Part shown: in pieces, positions 23,377 to 37,028 of the stretch | Layout: each line of letters opens with the position of its first letter | Numbering within the stretch: the stretch's first letter is position 1 | Source of the DNA: Callorhinchus milii | Taxonomy: Eukaryota | Assembly (NCBI RefSeq): GCF_018977255.1 | Contig: NW_024704742.1 | Location: 30,630,001 to 30,694,000, forward strand | DNA: 64,000 nucleotides | Direction: 5' to 3' | The notes under the pieces: generated by a model | What the model saw: only the letters and a program-made list of their open reading frames with translations | The model's database searches: none | What the model was told of the DNA's origin: nothing | Program-made: the position numbers and the translations under genes

Positions 23377-25532
23377 ACTGCATGAGTGCTTTGGTTCAAG
23401 AGGTACGTAAGGTTGACAAAGCCATAAAGAATGCTTCATGTTGAAGAAATATTGCTGGTAATTGGTGTGGAATTCAAGTTCCCAAGCCATGTATTCAGAA
23501 ACCCTGCCTCAACCATTCCATCGCATTTTGCCATGATCTCAAGGAGCCTGAGATGAGGTGCAGACGGAAGCCAAAGAATGTTTTTTTTAAGCAGGTGATT
23601 CAACTAAAAGTATCTGGCATGTGTCACTGCAAAGCTGATAGGTGGGGAGAAGTCCAGAAAATGTATGGGTTAATGAGCATTGGGATTTGTCAAATGTACA
23701 CTGCTGGCACTCTTAATGTATGGATTTAAGAATATACGTTGATCGCTGATAGAAAATGGTAGAAAATGCAATTGATCCAATGCAGTCGAATCTACACCAT
23801 GTATAGCAACCTCCTGTATCAGCATCATACTTACAATAGGTGGAGGGAGGTTATGAACAGTGGCAAGATGGAAACGGGTGTGCAGCTCAAATACTGTGTA
23901 ATGGCTGTATTTGTGAGCTGTTTACAAATTGCAGAGAGAAAAACAATGAAATGTCCTAATTTCTATGGATTATAAAGGAGCATTTGATCAATACAATAAT
24001 TCAAGATCTACATTTCCGAGAGATTTTCTTTCACTTTCATACAAGGCAAGAAAGGATCAGCAAGCAAGCTTGGCAACAAAGATCAAAGTCAGAAAATCAA
24101 TCACATTAAATTAGGCATTAATGGTATTGTTGACATTTTCAAACTAAACTGAGGATCAGAAATAACATGGTGCCTGCTGGCCAGACTTGTCAAACGTAGC
24201 AGTTTTACTCCTCTGCCACCACCCAATTCCAATGGAAGCAAACATTTTCATTTTACCTCAGCCCTTTCTCTCATTCTTTTCTCTCAAAAATCTGCCTCCA
24301 TCTCTCAGAACAGGGACCTTTCCAACTGCCTTTGGGCTAACAGCATCTCACGAAGTACAGGGTAACTCAGTTATAGCGCTTGGTGCATTGAGGCCACAAA
24401 CTCAGGCTCTTAAAATAAAGAGCAAAAAATGTCTGACTTCCAGTTGTGAGATCGATGTTGATGTCCCTTCCTTCACATGGTGAGCCTGCTCAGTGCTGTG
24501 CTACCGCAAAGTGAAGCGACATTACCGGTGACCTGGTGACCCAGAAGGTGGACACTTTTTAGTGCAGGGATGCCAGGCATTCTGCACACAAGAAGCCGGA
24601 AGGAAGCATACTGCACATCCTTAACTCTTGGTGCATGCAATTTTTTCCAAATTGCTTTGCAACAGGACCCTCTAATTTCCATGCGGCTCTTATCTGTCTG
24701 TGTCTCATTGTGTCACACACCTTTGCAGCACTATGCAGCGCATTTGTGCTAAATTAAAAAAAAAGTTTTTATTAAATTTAATATTTATTAAATCCAACTG
24801 CTGGTTTGGGCATCCTATACACAGGACACCTCCATTAAAAGCAAACTCACACACTAGAGTGGTACATAATAACAGGAGGTCACCTTATATTACACCATTG
24901 AGACAGAATGAAACCACAGGGGAGCTTCAGTTGTAATTGGAGGGCTACAAAAACCACAGAAAAACTCATGAATAATAATATTTAACAATATTTCCAAAAT
25001 ACATACTGGAAGCAATAAGTTTCACTAACCTTGCAATACGCTCAGTTTTAAGCATAATTTAGTCTACTTAACTGGTGAAAATATTTATTAAATCCAACTG
25101 CTGGCTTTGGCATCCCATATATAGTCCTGCCCTTGACGGCATAGCTTTTATAAGTTTACAGAGCAAAGTAGAAGCATTTGCCATCGATGAAGAAAAATAT
25201 CTGAAACGCAATTGAGTACTAAAAATAAGATCTGCCAGCAAACTCAGACTTGGTATATTCGATGCACACTGGAGGTTTCATTATTATCTGATTACAGACT
25301 TGGTTCTAATAATCACCTAAAAAGACTAGAAATTTCAGCACTTACCAATTGCAACAAAAAATATTCCTACAGGAATAATCAAACTTTGCTCATACATTAT
25401 CCTATCACTCACAATTTTATAAAACAAGGGCTCTGTGAATTCCTATATACGAAGGAGGTAAATTTATTTCTTGATTTCAGTCAAGCATTATTCCTGCCAA
25501 GTAATTAATTTACTGCTCACTTCTGCTGTTAG

Positions 25533-25950
25533 AATCCTTGCATTTGATGATACTAATAATCCTTGCATTTGATGATAATAAAAATAACAATTCTTGCATT
25601 TGATATAGCACTTTATCATGTCATTGAGACGTTTCAAGGCACTTCATATTGTAAAGCGGACTGACTGTGTATTTTGTGGGTGAAATGCAGCAGCCAATTG
25701 GGCACAGCAGTGTCCCACAAACAGTCGTGGATTGAATGACCACTTTTTTTTTGTCTTTTTTTTAAAGGGATTATTACCCCCAGAAAGCGATCCACCAATC
25801 GACTAACAACCGGGTTCCTAGTTACTGCTAGGTAAACACAGTTGTGCGGAGTAAGGAAATTTGCCTAAGGTTTCAGCCTGCCTGGGAATCGAACCAGAGT
25901 CCTTTCGTTTGCGAGGCAAGCACGCTAACCACTATGCCACGGAAATCCAC
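25533..25950 (-). mobile_element. SINE long form with triplicated 3' terminal motif
   Basis: Family body plus aat(c/t)cttgcatttgat three times at 25533-25604. Confidence 0.9.
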
Positions 25951-26334
25951 AATGCCTTTTACTTTGGTTTAGGGAGGAGGGACGTCTCAAGGCGCTTCAC
26001 CAGATTGTAAGGTGCTTCATTCTAAAGTGTAGTGAGTGTTTCTCTTTTAAGCAAACAAAATCAAAGCTCTCAATCTGACAAAAGAACTACAAAAAGCAAC
26101 CAATCCCAGTTGAATTGTTCTGCATTGTTGGAATCGAGAACTTTCTTTTTCAAACAATTGTTACCTAAAATATATTTCAGATAACAATTCAATAATTTTA
26201 ATAGCCAACAGCAAGAAATATTCCTCCTGTGATACTGGCCGCTCTGTGTATGATATATTTCAGTCCAATTGCAAGACTGCTGTGAGCTTTACAAGAAGAG
26301 TATTTTTTTAAGAGCCTTAAAGGGTAGAGCAGAG

Positions 26335-26772
26335 ACTCAGAGACTAGAGGAACTGGGATTTTTTCCTCTGGAACAAAGAAAGTTGAGCAGTGACCTGAGA
26401 GAAGTCTTTAAAATTATGAGGGTTTTTTTGAAAGAGTCACTAGGGAGAAATTATTTCTACTGGTGAGTCACTGACTGGAGGGCATCAATTTAAGCTAGTG
26501 AACAAACAAGCAAATGGGGTGTTTAGGAGAATTTGTTTCACATGCAGAATGGTTAGGATATGGTAAGTCCTACTGGGGGGAGTGGTTGAGGCAGAGTCCA
26601 TATTAGTTGTGAAAAGGGAACTAGATAGATATCTAAAAAAAAGGGGTAAACTCCAGGGTTATGGGGAATGCGCGGGTAAATGGGACTGAAAGTATTGCTC
26701 TTTAAAAGAGCCAGCGTAGACATGATGGGCCGAATGGCCTTCTTCTGTGGTCTTTAATTTTTTATGGTTCTA
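26335..26772 (+). mobile_element. CR1 LINE 3' end
   Basis: RLEELGFFPLEQRKLSSDLREVFKIM and the CR1 3' hairpin gatgggccgaatggccttcttctgtg. Confidence 0.9.
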
Positions 26773-28139
26773 TTGCTTGTCATCATAAAGAAGATTTAGT
26801 GTGAGGATCTCATCCTTTAAATCTCTTTATAAAATTGAACTATAACACATACAGCAAATAGCCACTGAGCTACCACTTTATGGAAACAACACAAGGCCAG
26901 GCAGTTCTTAGTGGTTACAATACAATACAAAATTACATCTGTAAAGCGCTTTTCACGTCGGGAGGATGTCCCAAGGCGCTGTGATTACCTGCATCTACTC
27001 CCTCCCAGTTAGATACAAAGCAGCCTCGTTCATTGTTATGTTGTGTAATTCTACTTCCTGATGATTCCACTACCCCGATTGGATACATCAAATATTAATG
27101 ATCCTTGTATTTGATATCACAAGATCATATGATTAGTTTGGATGAAGAAGGCCCTTTGGCCCACTTTATCTCTTCTCTAAGGAAGAGATTCCAATATAAT
27201 ACATAAAAAAGCTGGAGATTGTGATGGGAGGATGGTATTTTGGAAGAATGAGATCAAATGGGGCAAAGGGTCAACTTCATCAAAACCAATCCTGTGATCT
27301 TGTGAAATTATTTACTTCACACGGGTATTGAATTTACAGATTTTTTTCCAATGTATCCATTCAGACTGATGTGATTTTACAACAAGCGCCTGATAGGTAA
27401 GGACCATTAAAATTGTTTTTTTTTAAACTATTTTCACTGCAAAATATCTGGGTTGTTTTGATAAAATAAAAAAAGGGTTTCTCCCTAATTAGATTTTTAG
27501 TGTTCAGGAAGGTGGGCGCTATGTGATTTCAGTTGGGCGCATGCGAGGACTTTTAAGAACTTGAGAAAAACACCTTCAAAGTTTAGACAGAATTCAATAA
27601 GTTGCCAAACTCTGAAAGGCTACAGAGTAAAAAAAATTCCCCTCCTCCCTGCTTGTGTTTTTAAAATTCACCAGCATCATTCCTAGATTGGAATAGGAGA
27701 AATTATATTAACTATGTTCAAAGTGCTCTTAATGTATTGACTGGCATATTGCATTGGCGGTAAGTGCTGTAGGTGTTACAATTGCTGACACTGTATAGCA
27801 AGACCCCCTCATCCTTGACTTAAAACAAAGAACCCTATAGTGTGACTGTTCATTCCCCCTCTGCCCCAATCGGTTATGATGTAGAAAGTGTTTTTGCAAC
27901 ATGTGATATGCAACAATAACAAAAAATTGTATGGATAAAATGGTCTCTGCCATCACTTCTATAAGGCTCAAAAGCATAAGTTTCTATACTACCTCTTCAT
28001 AATTGCAGAATACTAGAATGTGTCATGAAATTCTGGCTCTACTTCTTCAACCATCCGCCACACACTTCTTTGTTTTGCTGCAAAATGTAATAAACAAAAT
28101 ATAGTAGAATGCCATTATAATGTAGGTTTCCCCTTACAA

Positions 28140-28535
28140 GGGGTAGCACACCACCTCTGAGTAATAAGGTTGTGGGATCAAGTCCCAAGTTAGGTCTTTG
28201 AACTCATATAGTGTAAGTTGACACTGCAGTACTGGAAGAGCACTGTATTTTAAAAGGTGTCGTTCCTCCGATGTGACATTTAAACCGAGGCGCAATCTGC
28301 CTGTTTTCTGGATACTAAAGATTCCACAGCATTATTCAAAAAGAGAAGGGGAGTTTCTATCCACTGGTCTCCTGGTCGACAATCCCTCAGATAAAATTGA
28401 TCATTCACTTCATGGCTGTTTGTGGGACATGGGCTGCCACGTTCATCTACAAAATGGACAATTACTACACTTTGCAGTCAATCCTCTGAAGTGCTTTGAG
28501 ATGTCATCCCAACGTGAAAAGGTGTTATATCAAAC
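28140..28535 (+). mobile_element. Old DeuSINE (SacSINE1-like)
   Basis: ctctgagt..aaggttgtggg head, ttaaaccgagg body and shared tail. Confidence 0.8.
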
Positions 28536-30810
28536 AATTTGAAAATGCTGTATTGTAATGGCCTGATGTGAATATGGTGTACTGCAGTGGGTAGATGTGA
28601 ATATTGTGTATCCTGAACCCCAGCTGCTCTCTCTATTGTATTGCAGATCATCATTCAGATGCAGCACTACTGCTGATTTAAGTGCAAATTTCTTGTGCTC
28701 ATTTTCAGTTCTCAATGGCGTAAAATAAGTACATTTCAAATGCAGCAAAGGATACTCAGCAATCAAAGGGTCTATTCACACATTGTAATTTGAAGAAATT
28801 GGTTTTAGGATTTCTTCTGAAAAAGCAAATGACCCTTTCCAATGGGGATTGGTAATTCAATTCCTACATTGCCATCTTCTTCTCCTCCCTTGCCACACTA
28901 CTTTGCTTTCCAGGCCAGATAGAGCAGTACCTTTTCATAATGCAGAGCTTTCAATACAAACTCAGGTTCTGAGCTGCCCTTTGCATTCCATGATGACGGT
29001 TCAGCTACGCACGGTCTATGATTCTCAGATTGATTGTAGAGTTCAGTGCAGTGTTTAGTGCTATGTCTAAAACCAGAAGCCCCAAACATCGCTTTGCTCA
29101 GGCTTAAGGCCGACAAATTACAATTTAAAGTTATGCTGAAATTTAGGAAAATTCTTATATTTACTCTTAAATTGGAACACGGATTCCAAGACTGGAATTT
29201 AAAACCAATGTTCTTAAAGCTAAAACCTGAGAATTTTAAGGCTTCAGATCAAGGTGGAACAAGGGAAGAGGGGCGCCATAGTAGAGGTGGGGGGGTGGGG
29301 GTGAGAGGAAGAGAAGAGGGGTGGAAGGTTCAAAAGACAGATGTAGTCTGGCAAATCCAATAGACTATGTTAACAACCAGTTGTGTTTGCTTCACACAAA
29401 GTAAACTGTTTTGGATTTTCGGGTGCTTTTCTGCAAGATCCTGTTGACAAGCTTGTGTTGTGAAAGTGGCTGTTTCAGCAGGTGCTGTTGGTTTTATGGC
29501 TTTGAACCTACTCCAGAATCTACTTTAGCACCAATCGATTGCAAACCACGGTAGCCTTGGGTGCGGGAAATGAAAGCAGTTTCAGAGAAAGATTAACGTC
29601 AGCACATGAAACAGCCGAAGGACTCTGGCATCACATACTTGCCAAGAGCACAAATAAACTTCAGTGAAAATACTGGACAAAGTGGACAAAATCCAGCAGC
29701 CTCCTGTTTATTATAGGCCCACCATAGTCATGACTGGGCTGTTAGGTGCTATAGTCCCTGATGTGCTTTACAGTAAGTTGCTGAAAGAAGTGTAGGGCAG
29801 AGACACAGGGTTATCACCCAATTTCCATGTGGTGAACTTCCTAACCTCAGTGAGGAGTTGAACATCGCTGAGGTCCTGGGAAAGAATGAGTAAGAAACAG
29901 TGCAAAGAGACTTGATTCAATCTTGCGCCAAGGCAGCAGAACAGGATGATGTGAGGTTAGGGTTAAGGCCCAATTTGCCTGTTCAGGAGGATATTAAAGA
30001 TGCCATGACACTATTCCAAAAGAGAAAGGAGGTTTTCCTAGTGTCATGGGCAACAATCCCCCCGCCCCAATAAAATTTATCATTCACTGTTTGCGGAACA
30101 TTGGTTGCTTCACCCATAAAAATACACAGAACCTCAACTTTATAGTAAATCCCGTGAAGCGCTTTAAGACGTCTCAATGCAAGGATTATTATTATCAATA
30201 TCATCGAAGCCAGCTGACAGGAAATACTGTTCAAACAGCTTCAGTTGAAAAAATTAATGCAGCTGATACAAGCGGATGTGAGTACACAGCTCTGAAAAGT
30301 AAATGCTGTGGCATTATAGTTGAATCAAACTCCATAAGTTAACAGGTTTGCTGTTAAGAATGATATGAATCTTAAAAGAATGCTATGTGCATCATTCAAG
30401 TCTTGAAATTCATTAATTGGATCTCAACATTGTCCTTTTGTTGTTAATTCCTTTCAGATTAAAACCTGAAATGATCTTGGCTTTCTGCTCTTTCACTTGA
30501 CAGAGGCAGCTATACTAATAATACCTTCAGGGAATCATTTCTCCACACATCCTTCTGGATTATTTCACTTGGTTTTAAACTTGCTCCTTGGAGTAGCAAA
30601 CAGATATTCCCAAGAATTCATTACATTTCTCTGCCTGCCATTCAAACATGCACATCAGATATCATCCCAATCTGAGTGAGATGCAGACATCTGCCAGGAG
30701 AAGACACACCTCACAAACATTTCAAATGCTTCTGCATTTTCCAAGTTCACTTGGAAATTCATTAAGATACTATGTCTTCTGAACCACTTTAAAAGCAAGC
30801 ATGAAATCAC

Positions 30811-31131
30811 TGGAGTCCTGTAGCTCAGTGGTTAGAGCACTTGCTTTGCAAGTGAGCGATCTGAGTTCAATTCCAGGCAGAGGGCGAAACCTTGGGCAAG
30901 TTTCCTTACTCCACATGCCTAATAATAATCCCTCCAAAAAACAAAACAATAATAAATTGGTCATTTTCAATCCATGACTGTTTGTGGGACACTGCTGTGC
31001 GCAATTGGCTGCCGCGTTCGCCCACAAATATACAGTCAATTCACTTTACAGTATATTCTGTGAAGCGCTTTGGGATGTCTAGAAGACGTGAAAAGCGCTA
31101 TATCAAATGCAAGGATTATTATTATTATTAT
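30811..31131 (+). mobile_element. Young full-length SINE (short form)
   Basis: Near-identical to 12793-13117 and 63354-63667; TAGAA loop. Confidence 0.95.
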
Positions 31132-31139
31132 TGTTGAAC

Positions 31140-31597
31140 CCTGAAAGATGGTCGAATTCAAGATCCTCATCCTCACCTACAAGGCCATTCACGGCCTTGC
31201 TCCCTCCTACCTCTCTGACCTACTATCCCCCTACTTACCTGCCCGTACCCTCCGTTCCTCTGGCTCCGGTCTGCTTCACATCCCCGCCCCAACCGCCCTA
31301 CCATCGGTGGCCGGGCCTTCAGCCTCTCAGCCCCTAGGCTCTGGAACTCTATCCCCCAGTGCCTTCGCCGCCTCCTCCCTTTCCTCCTTCAAGGCTGGTC
31401 TCAAGATTTTTCTCTTTGACCATGCCTTCAGCTCCCCTCTCGACTCTCTACCCCCTCCTCGCTCCCTCCCTTCCCTCCCCTCACCCTGACCATTTCCCCC
31501 CTGCTCGGGTCCTGACCCAATGGTACAGCTCCTTGGGAGGTCCTCCCGACGTGAAAGGCACTCTATAAATGGAATTTTGTTGTTGTTGTTGTTGTTA
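31140..31597 (+). mobile_element. L2 LINE 3' fragment (family A)
   Basis: EFKILILTYKAIHGLAPSYL and (TTG)n tail. Confidence 0.95.
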
Positions 31598-33264
31598 ATG
31601 TTGAGGCAGACATAGATTAGTAAATATGATTTCCACAAAGGGCTTTTAATTTTCTACGTGAAGCATATGACAATAGTATAAGTTATATTTAATATATATA
31701 TACATTACAAATTTCATATACATACACATACCGCCACACCTGTATTTATACAGTAAATTTACAAAACAAATGTCTCTCAACCTGCTGCACAACATGAGAT
31801 TAATTCAAAATGACGAGAAATTTATGTAGACATACACGGCAGATAATTTGAGTTAGCAAATGTCTACAAATAACGAGAACGGGAGTAGTCAATCTGAAAT
31901 TTTTGAGGGAACTGTGCATGGGGGTGGGGGGTGAAGGGGACTAAAATATTAGCCAGGATAATCAGGAGAAAACACCTACTTTTCTTTGAAATAGTGGTGG
32001 TGTCCCTGAACGTTCACTTGTATCGCAAGGTTTGAATTCATTCAAAAGAGGGAAAGATGATTAAAGATAGATCTGCAATAATACTTGTATTTAATAATCC
32101 TTGCATTTATATTTGCTGATAATAACACGGTTTCTCATGTTAAAATAACTCATGTGTTGTGAATGTCCTGTAGGCAAACACAACAGTGCACTCTACCATT
32201 AACCAACTTTCCCTTAGATAAACAGAATAGGGGAAATTATTCTCATATAGCACATTAAAGCAACTTTGACTGAATAAGTGCAAATGGCACAGATTTCTGC
32301 AGCATTTTCTTCATTCGTGCCGGCAGCAAATTAGAATAAATTATGTAAATCTACTCTTCCTAATTTGGCATAATCTATTGCACCACAGTTTTCCCACCTG
32401 AACACACGCTCAGTAAAACATGGGAAAAAGCTGGAGGTCATTTCCAACAAGCTGTTTGCTGCAAGAATGAAAGCATTTGAGTTTAAATCATCTTTATTGT
32501 GTTTTTTGAACTCATCCAACACAACATTAATAACTCCAATAAAGCCATTTGATTATGTTAATGCGGGTGGTTTTATAATCTTTTGAACTACAAAAAACAG
32601 CATCCAAATCCAAGTAATACAGAAATGTCACTTTTCATTGAGAAAGAAAGCCTAGGGCTCCTTTAATAATCCTTTTATTTGATCTAGTGCCTTATTTCAT
32701 CGTCAAAACATCTCAAAGAACTTCACAGGATTTTTACTGTGAAATGTAAGTGAAGTGTATTTATTGGAGAGCACATCCAACAATGCAATACAACTTTACA
32801 TTGATATAGCGTCTTTCATGTCAGGAGGATATCCCAAAGCTCTTAATAATTATGGTTGGGCATCCGAACTGAGGGTAGGAGCTAAGGGTGATGTGGATAT
32901 TGAATATAGGCACTTATTGGAACCACATGTTGTGCAAACAAGAAGGTTACAAGTACAAATTCCATTCCGTGCTGTTGTCAAACTAGTAACACTCATCCTC
33001 AGTGCTCATGACTTTCAATGAGTTAAAAACCGCCTGGATTCCCCCTTTCTGATCACTTCTCAGGATATTGCTCTATCTGCTATAATATGGATTGCTGGAC
33101 AGCCAGGAATTTTCAGCAGTTTTCTGAACGGACATTATGCATTTGGTGTGTGCCTTTTATCGTGCCAAATTAACACTGAATCATTTCAAAGCCCTTCACA
33201 AGTAATTACTGTCAAATGTAATGACTGCTTTTGTAAGAAAATGTGACAATCGGTGAAATTCAAC

Positions 33265-33667
33265 AATAATAATAATCCTTGCATTATATAATTATATAAT
33301 TATATAAGGTGTATAGCACCTTATCACGTCTTCGAGATGTCTCAATGCGCTTCACAGAATATACTGTTAAGTGAGTTGACTGGATATTTTATGGGTGAAA
33401 CACGACAGCCAATTGCGCACAGGAGTGTCCCACAAACAGTCGTGGATTGAGTGACCCATTTATTATTATTATTTTTTCTTGAAAGAGTTATTACCCCCGG
33501 AAAAGCAATCCGCCAATTGACTAACAACCGGGGTTCCTACTTACTACTAGGTAAACAGAGATGTGTGGAGTAAGGAAACTTGCCCAATGTTTCGCCCTAC
33601 CGGGAATCAAATCCAGGTCTCTCGCTTGCAAGGCAAGTGCTCTAACCACTGAGCTGCAGGACTCCAC
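33265..33667 (-). mobile_element. Full-length SINE, long form
   Basis: tRNA head, ttgggcaagtt..ctctgtttacctagtaagtaagtagg segment, Deu-type 3' body and tail. Confidence 0.95.
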
Positions 33668-35927
33668 CCATATTTCTGTATCATTTGGGTTTGGATTCTG
33701 CTTTCCGTAGTTTAAAGACTACAAAAAGAACCCACAAACAGCCACAGTGTGGATGACTACTCAATTGAGAGTTTGTTGGCTGAGATACTGAAAAAAACTC
33801 CTTTCTCTTAGCGCCGTGGGATTTTTGATATCTACCTGAACAGGCAGAGAAGGCTTTCATTTAACGTCTCATCTGAATGCTCACCATCTCTGACAATGCA
33901 GTATTCCCTAGCAACCGTACTGACACAGCAATTTTCTTCACTCTGCAAACACTGGCCTGCTTCATGCCCCTTCCTATCCACCTCACCATTGTTGGGTGAG
34001 CTTTTAGCCAGTCTGCCCCACTCTCTAGAACTCCATCACAGAATCCTCAGACTCGCTCCCCAAAACCCCCATCCGCATTCAGGATTCACGAGCTAATCCT
34101 GTAATTTAGACCCATATATGAGGTTCAGCAAAGATTTCATCTCTTTGAAAGTAAATTATTTAAGTCAAACTAGCAATAAGTTGAAGGTCAAAGATAATGA
34201 ATTCTGCTTTTGAAATTGAACCATTAATTCACTTATAGTATTTTAGAATATCATGTGTATCTGTGCCAAGGTATCTCTTACCAGCTATGGAAGGTCATCG
34301 AAAGTCTCTATGACCATGGCTGGCCGAATCATCCCTCTCTTACTTTCTAACTGAAGAGCAGAATGTTGATTTGGGAAGGTGGCTGTGAGCTGTTTTAGCC
34401 TTCAGTGAAGCTCACCACTTGCTTTAGCATCACCAGGTAATTGGGTTCTCTGACTCGACAATTACAGAGATGAAAGAATAAGAGTTGACTTCATATCACT
34501 ATCCTTGCTCCAAGGGAGGAAAGAGAAATAGGAAAGAAGAAATCAAGTAACTACTGAAGAACATAGGAACATAATAATAATAAACAGGAGGAGGCTCTTC
34601 AGCCCTTCGAGCCTGTTCCACCATTTCATTAGATCATGGCTGTACTTCAACTAATCTTTTCAATTCCAAGGAGGATCCTTCAAGAAGGATCTCAATAACC
34701 AAGTGACGTAGAGTCAGGTCATGATAAAAAGTATAGGGACATTGGTGACCTGCACTGCAGGGTTTTGCAGCACAGGTCACCCATTTGATCTTGTCTTTCC
34801 AGAGAGACAATCCTACGTCCTCCCAATAGTTTTTGTGAGTGTTTAAGGGAACCCAAAAGTGATGTGCTTTATGTCTACTTCTCCCATTTACACTGCCGTT
34901 AACCCAGCAAGTGCTGTTTCAAACCCATGGAGCATCAAGTAAGGAAACTCATTCCATTACATTCACATTGAATTACAAGTTGAAGTTGATCTTCTATTCC
35001 AGGAATTCATTGCTAGTTTCTCACGTTGAACATTACTCATTGGCATTGTTTAACCACTGCTTTTGATTGCAGTGTAACAACTGTTCTCCTGGGAAATTAG
35101 ACTGATAGTTAGATTTCTCTTTTCAAGACGCACTTGTCTGAAAGTATTGTAATTATGCTGGCCTGCTGGAACATTATAAGTTGTCCACAGAGATAAAGTT
35201 GACATTATTAGTGAGAAAGAAAATATCTGAAGTCCAGACAATTAGAAATGAGATGGGAAGACAAATTTTCTGTGAAATACTTTATTGTCAAAGTCTATAA
35301 AGGAAGAATTAATTAGGATTGTTAAAAGGGAGGTAGATCTATTGATATATATTGGAGAGTAAGTGTAAATAAGTGTATTAGAGATATGATGATAATAATA
35401 ATAATAATATTCCTTGCATTTGATATATGATAATGGGAGGGGAGAGATCAAAAGATCTGTAATGAACTAATAAACTGGTAAATAGGCTGATTCGCTCACT
35501 GACCTCCTCCTCTCCTATGTTCCTAAAACATTGTCTCTTTTTCTGCTCAATGAAGCACTAATAAAATTGGTCACTCCATTCATGGCTGTTTGTGAGCCAC
35601 TGCTATGTACAAATTGGCTGCCATGTTCACTTATAAATACACTATCACAACATTTCACAACAAAATCCTGTGATGAGCTTTGAGACTTCTCGACCCCATG
35701 ATGGGACACTAAATCAAATGTAAGGATTATTATCAGGGCCACTGGAATGCTGAGCTCCATGAACCTCCAAGTCCAATAGCAGCCACAAACCGAGCTCTGT
35801 GACACAGAGGAAGGGGAAGTCAAAGCAGAGGCCAGACCAGGAGCAAAGAGGCATAAGCCAGTGGGGAGAAAATTAGGAAACATATTGAACACAATAAAGT
35901 TTTAAAAAGCGCATTCCAGGGAGATTA

Positions 35928-36480
35928 TCTATACTAATAAAACGATAATGTCTGTCTGTCTGTCTGTCTGTCTGTACTTCAAGAAGGATATCAATAACCG
36001 ATCGACATAAGGCATTATTTATACTGCATCGGAAAGAGCTTACAACTGAGAGTGACATGGGCATATTTGTTTTTGTGTATCGTTCATAAGTTATGTCCTA
36101 AAATGTATTTCAGTTTTGTGTTTTTCGCTGCAGTTACACCTGGTGGAGTCAAAGTGGCGCTGTGGCATTGTGCGTCACAGAGCACGAACGTATGCACACG
36201 CTGCAGTTACACCTGGTGGGCGAGTTGGCTTACCGTGGAGCTGTGGCATCCTGTGTCAAACAGCACGCTCGTAGCCAAGCAGTAGTAGAAACAAAATAAA
36301 GAACACAGATGAAGTTAAGCCTTGGCAACAACAACAAAATTACATTTTTAAAGAGCCGAATCCTCCCATAGGAGTCCTCCCAGATGAGTAGAGATAAAGA
36401 TGAAATGTCTGTCTGTGTGTCAATCTACATTCCATATTGGATCCTTTGGTTGCAAGCGAAGCTGCAACGGGTTCAGGTAG
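35928..36480 (+). mobile_element. Non-autonomous Helitron (553 bp)
   Basis: A|TCTATACTAATAAAA 5' end, (TGTC)n tract, subterminal hairpin TTGCAAGC-GAA-GCTGCAA (36450-36467), GGTAG|T 3' end (CTAG variant), inserted between A and T. Confidence 0.85.
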
Positions 36481-37007
36481 TATACTAATAATGACTATAC
36501 AATTCTTGCATTTGATGTAGCAATAATGCTACTATTGAAAATAAAAGCCTACTTTCAGCATTATTCTGAAACCATTATTAAGCAATGCGACATGACAATA
36601 AGAAAACTTACTCTGGTCTGCATACTGGCAAAAATCTGAACATCAACACACCACATACGCAATTATTTCAAAGTATCCGCACAAATAGCAAATCTTATTG
36701 CATGCGCTCAGTCTCTGAAGCTCTGTACAAAAATATGTCATTGCAACTATCTGGAATCCAGAGCTCTATATAAGTGAAAGTTGTTGTTGTTGTAGCTCTC
36801 TCCCCCCATCATCCAAAAAAACCCTCTAAAAGCAGTAATAGATGCACACAATAGAGACAGTGGAGCAAAAGGAAGCTCAAACTGCCCACTGTTAAAATAT
36901 ATACTGTACTATACTTCCAATTAGCAAAATGAAAGTAAAAATGGAGAGCTAAGTTCAGACAGATTCAAGTACATGATCTGAATGAACAATGAAAAGAAAC
37001 TGTTCAC

Positions 37008-37028
37008 CTTCTAACTTTATCTTCTTGG
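37008..37028 (-). CDS. Candidate 21-nt microexon CCAAGAAGATAAAGTTAGAAG (xKKIKLEx or QEDKVR)
   Basis: 65-nt AG-free U-rich tract, AACTTGCGTCAG acceptor with UGC, purine-rich exon and AAG|GTGAAC donor; frame-preserving. Confidence 0.6.

Noticed and set aside
25346..25442. Minus-strand 21- or 97-nt exon with TTG|GTAAGT donor
   Set aside because: Acceptors are weak with no AG-exclusion zone, and an open frame this short is expected by chance.
37008..37028. Assignment to the CACNA2D1 7-aa splice insert (SKKGKMK-like)
   Set aside because: The peptide is superficially similar, but no flanking CACNA2D exons were found in the window.
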